Positions 6,953 through 12,124 of a stretch of DNA of 13,372 nt are shown piece after piece. The notes under the pieces are model-generated. The model worked only from the letters and a program-made list of their open reading frames with translations. It was not told the origin of the DNA and searched no databases. Origin of the DNA: a virus (lineage: Duplodnaviria; Heunggongvirae; Uroviricota; Caudoviricetes); the IMG/VR virus record IMGVR_UViG_3300038451_000684, one strand, 5' to 3'. The translations under genes and the position numbers were made by a program. The stretch's first letter is position 1. Each line of letters starts with the position of its first letter.

Positions 6953-6964
6953 CGTCTCTCCGCC

Positions 6965-6985
6965 TTTCCCTAACCCCTAACCCCT
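6965..6985 (-). repeat. AGGGGTT heptamer array, intergenic
   Basis: AGGGGTT AGGGGTT AGGGAAA between the primase stop (6991) and the next RBS. Confidence 0.85.
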
Positions 6986-6990
6986 GCTTC

Positions 6991-8676
6991 TCAGCTCTCC
7001 CCCGTAGCCCGCTGCCGCCCGTCATAATTCACGATCTCCCGCACCTTGCCGCGCCGTCTGCCCGTAGCTTCTTCCGGCGCATCGGTCAGCTCAATGCGCA
7101 GTGCTTCGTCATCGCCCACAATCATGAAATGCACCGGGTCGGCCGGGCAGGCGTATTTCAGTTCGAACTCCACCTTGCGCACCCACTGCTTGCGCGCCAC
7201 CGTCTCGTCGACCACCGTGAGGCCCACGCCCCATTCCGTCCAGCCGTGAATCGCTCCCGCGCCGCGCGCATCGCGAAAGACGTTGCTTGATTGCGCCTTC
7301 GACAAGTGATGCAGAAGCAGCACGCCGCAATGCGCTTCTTCTTGAATGCGCGTCAGCGCTTCCAGCGCGCCGGTCATCACCGTGTTGTCGTTTTCGTCGC
7401 CAGAGTGCAAGGCGCTGAAGACATCGAAGATGGCCAGATCGAACTGCTCCATTTGCAGCTCCTTGATTAACGCGTCGACCTGTTCGATGTTGTCCACATG
7501 CAGCATCGGAGATTGATCCATGGTGTTCAGCCAAATCTGTCCCCAGTTGTATTCGCCGCGCGCCGCCGTCCCCTTGGAGAAAAGCTGTAACCGGCGAGCG
7601 GTTTCCGCCGGCGAATCTTCCCGGCTAATCACCGCCACGCGGCGGCGGCGCGGCACCACATGCCCCAGCCAGCTCGAACCCGATGCCAGCGCCAATGCCA
7701 GGTCCAATGCCAGCGGCGACTTGCCCACCTTCGGATCGGCAACCATGAGGCCGCGCGTTCTTACCGGAATCAGATCATCCACCAGCCAATCGATCTCCGC
7801 CGGAGCCCGGTCCAGAAAGTCCCGCATCTCTTCCAGCAGCACATGCTCTGAAGCGACCGGCGCCCACAAGGCAGAGGCTTTCACCAGCGCTAGCAGCTCT
7901 TTGACCGTGTGCCCCGCCGCCAGCCAATCGCTCACATCGCCTTTTTCCGGCAACCCTTCCAGCTCGGTCGCCTTTACCTTGGCGGCATACGGTTTCACGC
8001 TGGCGCAGATCGTCTGCTGGTGCGCTTTGCCCACGGCATCGTTGTCCGCCAGCACCACCACCAGTCGGCCAGTGAAGTAGGGCGCGTACTCCGGCTTCCA
8101 TTTCCCGGCGCCGTCAAAGGTCGTCGTTACCGCCGTATTCTTCAGCCCCGCCGCCGTGAACGCATCGATAAGGTTGTCGGCATCCTTTTCGCCTTCAACC
8201 ACAAAAACCATCTTGGCGCTGATCACTTCGGGCAGATGGTAAAGAACCTTCTTGACGCCGTTCAGGTTGTAGAACCAGCCATCCTTGCCGTCCGGCTGCC
8301 GCTGGCTGAACTGCTTCGGCTCGTAGCGCAATTTCTGATAGAGCAGCTTGCCGGCCACGTCCGTGTATTCGTAGACCTTCACCAGCTTGCGATCATGCTT
8401 CGGCGGTTCCATGCCGATGATGCGATAGATTTCGCTCCAAGCCGTCTCCGTGTCGGTGGCCATCATGGCGCGTTCAAAGTCGAGAATTCCGCCGCTCCGG
8501 CCGCAACTGTGGCAATTCCAAACGGCCTTCGCCAAGTTCAAGCTCATCGACGGATTCTTGTCCTCATGGAAAGGGCAGCGCACATTCAGCGCATCCCGCT
8601 TCGTCAGCCGCTCCGTCGGTAGCCGGTAGGCGAAGTAGGCATAGGTCTGATCGAATGTGGGCTGGAATTCATTCAT
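6991..8676 (-). CDS. Primase-helicase fusion (CHC2 Zn finger, TOPRIM, RecA-like AAA_25-type helicase), 561 aa
   Basis: CPFHED...WNCHSC; VVEGEKDAD...LADND; Walker A ADPKVGKS, Walker B AIFD, LLLHH...ARGAGAI. ATG 8676 overlaps the upstream TGA and has GGAG upstream, so the 8829 start is unlikely. Confidence 0.92.
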   Translation of the reverse strand: MNEFQPTFDQTYAYFAYRLPTERLTKRDALNVRCPFHEDKNPSMSLNLAKAVWNCHSCGRSGGILDFERAMMATDTETAWSEIYRIIGMEPPKHDRKLVKVYEYTDVAGKLLYQKLRYEPKQFSQRQPDGKDGWFYNLNGVKKVLYHLPEVISAKMVFVVEGEKDADNLIDAFTAAGLKNTAVTTTFDGAGKWKPEYAPYFTGRLVVVLADNDAVGKAHQQTICASVKPYAAKVKATELEGLPEKGDVSDWLAAGHTVKELLALVKASALWAPVASEHVLLEEMRDFLDRAPAEIDWLVDDLIPVRTRGLMVADPKVGKSPLALDLALALASGSSWLGHVVPRRRRVAVISREDSPAETARRLQLFSKGTAARGEYNWGQIWLNTMDQSPMLHVDNIEQVDALIKELQMEQFDLAIFDVFSALHSGDENDNTVMTGALEALTRIQEEAHCGVLLLHHLSKAQSSNVFRDARGAGAIHGWTEWGVGLTVVDETVARKQWVRKVEFELKYACPADPVHFMIVGDDEALRIELTDAPEEATGRRRGKVREIVNYDGRQRATGES

Positions 8677-9242
8677 GCTGTTTCTCCATCGCCGAAAATC
8701 GTTTTGCCGTTCCAGGTGTGATGCGGCACATCGGTCCGGTGCAATGCCCGCAACTCCTCCGCACTCAAGTCGTAAATTTGCTGATACTCGGAAAGCAAAC
8801 TTAATAATCTCGTTGCGTTTGATTGCCAAGAGCCATGCAAAGCGTAGACATTGCCATCTTGATATGCCTGACTATGCGCAATGCAAGCCGCTTCAAACCC
8901 CAGCCCATTTGCTAAAGCCTTGTCATAGGCATCGTTACAAGCCTGCCATTTTTCTTCGTATTTCATTTGCGCAATGCGCGTTGGTTCAAAAGCCTTCATA
9001 CACTTGTCACATACCTCGACTAGGGCCTTCGGCAACGGTGACAGAACTGGCCGCATATTGTTCAGCCGGCAAACCATTTCTTTGCTGGCTTTATGGCACA
9101 GGATGTAGTCGATGCGTTCGCTGATCGGTTTCATCAACGGCTCGGCTTCCTCGCCATGATGCACGCACCATCCCCACGTCGCCTCCGGGTGCGCCGCCCA
9201 TGCCGCCCGGCAATCTGCCAACGCTTTCTGAACATCATCCAT
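8673..9242 (-). CDS. Phage hypothetical protein with WCVHH N-terminal and WNGKTIF C-terminal motifs around a helical, low-GC core
   Basis: Overlaps both neighbours; a single AGGGGTT unit (9254-9248) acts as its SD-like sequence. Confidence 0.8.
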   Translation of the reverse strand: MDDVQKALADCRAAWAAHPEATWGWCVHHGEEAEPLMKPISERIDYILCHKASKEMVCRLNNMRPVLSPLPKALVEVCDKCMKAFEPTRIAQMKYEEKWQACNDAYDKALANGLGFEAACIAHSQAYQDGNVYALHGSWQSNATRLLSLLSEYQQIYDLSAEELRALHRTDVPHHTWNGKTIFGDGETA

Positions 9243-9531
9243 GAATCAACCCCTTGAGCCACCGCATGAACAGGCTGTCGGGCTTCGGCGTTCCTGGTTC
9301 CGGGTAGCGCCACAACCCCAGCATTTTCATGTCTTCCTCGGTCAGCTTCTGCATGGCCACCAGTCGCCGCTCAAAATGTTCCTTGGCATTGCCGCGGCAG
9401 CCCGGCGTCGGGCAGGACCAAATGCCAGTTAGCTCTCCCGGCGCATTGTTTTCGTCAATCCACGTTTCCACGCTGACGACCTCCATCGGCGCGCCGCAGA
9501 AGCAGGTCCATGCCTCGTCGTCAAAGCTCAT
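9235..9531 (-). CDS. Zn-ribbon-like hypothetical protein
   Basis: CFCG...CPTPGC; RBS AGGAGGG. Confidence 0.75.
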   Translation of the reverse strand: MSFDDEAWTCFCGAPMEVVSVETWIDENNAPGELTGIWSCPTPGCRGNAKEHFERRLVAMQKLTEEDMKMLGLWRYPEPGTPKPDSLFMRWLKGLIHG

Positions 9532-9736
9532 GCCGCCCTCCTGCTTCCCCTAACCCCTGTTTCCTAACCCCTGTTTTTCTGGACACGCCCAGCAACAATC
9601 TCCGCGCAGACTCATCCGCGCAGGCATCCAGCTGGTTTAGCAGCATCGCGCCATACGCCAGCTTTCCTGCTACTCGCCTGTTCAACTTGTAGCGTTCGGC
9701 ATAGAGTTTCGTGCGCGGGTCCTTGAGCCACGTCAT
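9521..9736 (-). CDS. Small phage hypothetical protein (71 aa)
   Basis: ATG 9736 overlaps TGA of the upstream gene (ATGA), with GGAG upstream; contains QLDACADESARRLLLGVS. Confidence 0.75.
   Translation of the reverse strand: MTWLKDPRTKLYAERYKLNRRVAGKLAYGAMLLNQLDACADESARRLLLGVSRKTGVRKQGLGEAGGRHEL
9545..9572 (-). repeat. AGGGGTT heptamer array in the 3' end of the 9521..9736 gene
   Basis: AGGGGTT AGGAAAC AGGGGTT AGGGGAA, directly upstream of the next RBS. Confidence 0.85.
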
Positions 9737-9948
9737 GCCGCTCTCCGCATCCGGCTGGCGCGCTGGACTGGCTGGACTGGTTTGACGGCTTGCTCCTCGG
9801 CTTCCCAGCGCAACACATCCAGCGCGCAAATCCGGTTCAAGGCGTAAGTCCGATCGAGCACTCCTTCGTCGGCGGCCTTGGCCAGCGCCCGCCGGAAGAG
9901 CTTCAGCTCCAGCGGATTCATCGCGACAGTCACAAAAACTTCTGGCAT
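9733..9948 (-). CDS. Hypothetical protein (71 aa)
   Basis: RBS AAGGA before ATG 9948; ends RRAA. Confidence 0.75.
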   Translation of the reverse strand: MPEVFVTVAMNPLELKLFRRALAKAADEGVLDRTYALNRICALDVLRWEAEEQAVKPVQPVQRASRMRRAA

Positions 9949-9972
9949 AAAATCTTCCTTTCTTGAAGTCGT

Positions 9973-9995
9973 CTAACCCCTGGCCCCTAACCCCT
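9973..9995 (-). repeat. AGGGGTT heptamer array forming the last codons and stop of the replication gene
   Basis: AGGGGTT AGGGGCC AGGGGTT AG; the TAG stop (9975-9973) falls on a unit junction. Confidence 0.85.
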
Positions 9996-10905
9996 GTTTT
10001 CTACTGACTTCCTGCGTTTTTTGTAGCCACTTTTCAAACTGCTCGGTGGAGCGGAAGAGATGGTCTTCCCATTCGCAATAGGTTCTGCCTTCGGTCTTCG
10101 GATCGCGTCCCATGTGCCAGTCCGACAAGGCCACTTCGTCGACCACGGCCTTCATCAGCACGATGGCATCTTCCAGGTTGCCGTGCGCAATGCGCAATGC
10201 TTCTTCCAAGCGCGCCATGCCTTTTCTCCTGCGTAGCTGGCTGAAGGTGTAGGTTTTCGGATTGCGGCTCATGGTGGTCAGGTAGTAGGCGAAAACCTCG
10301 CGCAGCGCCTTGGCCATCTGCGGCTTCTCCCCGGTGGTTACTGCCGGTTCTCCAAAGAGCCCGACAGGCGTTTCGGGAGTCTCGCCGTCTTGTTCCGCAA
10401 CTTCGGAATCCGTGCCGCAGTCGTCTGGCGATGGTTCGCCGGACGAGGAAGGAACGTTTTTTGTTCCTTCCGGCAATTCCATTCCTTTCCCTGTTCCCTG
10501 TTCCTTTCCTTTCCCTTCCCACCCGGAATCTTCCGTGAATCCTCCGTGAGCCTTCCGTGAGCCTTCCCATATAACGTCTAAGTCCTTTATTTTGCTTGGA
10601 GTTGGATGATTCACTCGCTGGTGGATCAAGAATTTCACCACGTGACCCCAGTGTTTTCCGTCGCTCGTTTTGCCGAGCTGGATATAGCCGATTTTTTCGA
10701 GTTGCTGGAGCATGTCGGGAACACTCACTGAGGATTCACGGAGGGGAAATATCGCTGCTTTGACCAGTCCCGGATTGGCATTGAAGTAGCCGGCGTCGTC
10801 GGAATAGCAAAGCAACCCAGCGGCGAAAAGATGTGTTTCTGCCGGGAGTGCCGACAGCTCTTCGTCTGTCGTGAACTCCGGTTTAATCGTGCGTATGCGG
10901 CCCAT
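9973..10905 (-). CDS. Phage replication initiator / replisome organiser (lambda O-like architecture)
   Basis: N-terminal MGRIRTIKPEF...LLCYSDDAGYF winged-helix-type family, an iteron-encoded linker, and a C-terminal helical domain (WHMGRDP...HLFRSTEQFEKW). Confidence 0.85.
   Translation of the reverse strand: MGRIRTIKPEFTTDEELSALPAETHLFAAGLLCYSDDAGYFNANPGLVKAAIFPLRESSVSVPDMLQQLEKIGYIQLGKTSDGKHWGHVVKFLIHQRVNHPTPSKIKDLDVIWEGSRKAHGGFTEDSGWEGKGKEQGTGKGMELPEGTKNVPSSSGEPSPDDCGTDSEVAEQDGETPETPVGLFGEPAVTTGEKPQMAKALREVFAYYLTTMSRNPKTYTFSQLRRRKGMARLEEALRIAHGNLEDAIVLMKAVVDEVALSDWHMGRDPKTEGRTYCEWEDHLFRSTEQFEKWLQKTQEVSRKQGLGARG
10481..10567. promoter_or_regulatory. Putative replication origin: 11-bp iterons plus a purine-biased tract
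   Basis: TTCCGTGAATC / CTCCGTGAGCC / TTCCGTGAGCC (10531-10563), an inverted copy GGATTCACGGA at 10732-10742, and an adjacent GGAA/GGAACAG tract at 10481-10520. Confidence 0.7.
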
Positions 10906-10925
10906 TTCATGCCCTGCTCGTTTCC

Positions 10926-11141
10926 TTACTTACTGAAAAGCGTTGTGGCGGAAAAATCCTCTGTCTTTCGTCTTGCCGCCTCAACCATGTAGCAAACCTT
11001 GCATCGTGTGCATTGAAACCACCACTCGAAGTAATACGTACTTGTTGGGCTAGGACACCATTCCGGCTGATGTGTCCGCCGCGCAACCGGTGCCCCGCAC
11101 TTTCTACAGCTCTGATCTTCGGAAAGAATTTTGATCTTCAT
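10926..11141 (-). CDS. Zn-ribbon hypothetical protein
   Basis: CRKC...CTRC; the ATG overlaps TGA 11140-11138. Confidence 0.75.
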   Translation of the reverse strand: MKIKILSEDQSCRKCGAPVARRTHQPEWCPSPTSTYYFEWWFQCTRCKVCYMVEAARRKTEDFSATTLFSK

Positions 11142-11637
11142 GTCTGTTGTTCTTCACTTTTCCGTTTCGAGGTAGCTTTCAATGAACGCTTGCGCTGCCG
11201 GGACACAGATGGCATCGCCCGCGAGGCGTAAGAGACCCACGCGACCGGAATACCCTGAAGCCAAAGGGAATGTTCCGGGTTCAACTGGCCGGAACTTGCC
11301 ATCCCTGCACCCGATCCAGTCAGCACCTGCCCAGTAGCCGTTAAGCGGACCGGGCCTGCCGGGCACTCGGGAATCGTGCGCGCCATTTGGTCCAATCCCA
11401 TCTCGTTGATCCGGTCCAGACGGCGCGGTCGTCTGGCCATCCTGCTTGCCTGAGCGCAAGGCTCCAGAATCCTCCACCTGCGAAGAAGTGGCATTGGGCA
11501 TATCCCACAAGGTCGGCTGGTTCGACATCGGCAATGCTCCGCTCATCCACATCTCCCGGCGCGATGGCGCCATCCAGAATTGCCTGTCGGATAATCTCCG
11601 CTTTGAGAGGATCTATCTCGTTGTAATAAGCCGACAC
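11138..11637 (-). pseudogene. C5-cytosine DNA methyltransferase remnant with an internal deletion and frameshift
   Basis: The N-terminus SAYYNEIDP...HFFAGGG...VWTGS breaks at about 11410, where the catalytic (S)CPCQ should follow. The C-terminus GPLNGYW...DWIGCRDGKFRPVEPGTFPL...AGDAICVP is in another frame. A motif IX-like LNPEHSLWLQGIP is in the third frame. Confidence 0.85.
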
Positions 11638-11667
11638 ATCCGCTCCGTTCACAGGGGCAGAGATTTG

Positions 11668-11683
11668 CTAACCCCTAACCCCT
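11668..11683 (-). repeat. AGGGGTT heptamer pair, intergenic
   Basis: AGGGGTT AGGGGTT AG, 4 nt after the alpA stop. Confidence 0.8.
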
Positions 11684-11687
11684 GCTT

Positions 11688-11912
11688 TTACGCCGCTCTC
11701 TCTGCGATCTTGGCGGCCAGCCAGCCTTCAATATCGCTGGTCAGCCAACCGATGGCGCGTTGGCTCAGATTCAGCGGTTGGGGAAACTCACCGGACTTTT
11801 GCAGTGCGTAGATGGTGCTGGCGCTCAGCCCGACCATGGCCAGCACCTGTTTTTTGCGGAGGATAAGGGGAAGCCTTTCGGACACAACTGTCTTCTTGGT
11901 TTTGTTCGCCAC
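11688..11912 (-). CDS. alpA: AlpA-family transcriptional regulator / excisionase
   Basis: ILRKKQVLAMVGLSASTIYALQKSGEFPQPLNLSQRAIGWLTSDIEGWL is a canonical AlpA HTH pattern; GTG start. Confidence 0.93.
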   Translation of the reverse strand: MANKTKKTVVSERLPLILRKKQVLAMVGLSASTIYALQKSGEFPQPLNLSQRAIGWLTSDIEGWLAAKIAERAA

Positions 11913-11964
11913 GCTGCACCTGCTTGATGCATTTCGATAGTGCTTGCAGAAATGCGATGGAACG

Positions 11965-11992
11965 ATTATCCATGCTTTTCAAGGGGTATCAA
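11965..11992 (-). promoter_or_regulatory. Candidate sigma70-type promoter for the alpA-replication operon
   Basis: TTGATA (11992-11987), 16-nt spacer, GATAAT (11970-11965), in an AT-rich gap downstream of the integrase terminator. Confidence 0.5.
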
Positions 11993-12056
11993 GCCTCTAA
12001 ATAAGACTCGTCTAATTAGGTCGAGCTAAGTCTGAAATGAATTGATAAGTAGACAC

Positions 12057-12097
12057 AAAAAAGCCGGCACGCAAGGGATTTTTTCTCGCGCCCGGCT
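12057..12097 (-). terminator. Rho-independent terminator after the integrase, possibly bidirectional
   Basis: AGCCGG-GCGCGAG / CTTGCGT-G-CCGGCT stem followed by T6 on the minus strand; T-rich runs also follow on the plus strand. Confidence 0.8.
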
Positions 12098-12124
12098 CTG
12101 TTTTTTCTGTTTTTGCTGTTTGCT
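12098..12124 (-). repeat. Three A-rich units ending in AAACAG (9-nt period)
   Basis: AGCAAACAG CAAAAACAG AAAAAACAG, between the integrase stop and the terminator stem. Confidence 0.65.

Noticed and set aside
8677-8829. N-terminal extension of the primase to 8829
   Set aside because: Overlaps 8673..9242 by more than 150 nt; ATG 8676 has an RBS and an ATGA overlap.
9763-9780. CTGGACTGG direct repeat (PVQPVQ)
   Set aside because: Two 9-nt copies in a low-complexity protein tail; no evidence of function.
4655-11683. AGGGGTT arrays as CRISPR repeats, true telomeres or eukaryotic contamination
   Set aside because: No repeat-spacer structure or cas genes; the arrays are 2-5 units long, internal and degenerate, and are embedded in coupled bacterial-type genes.
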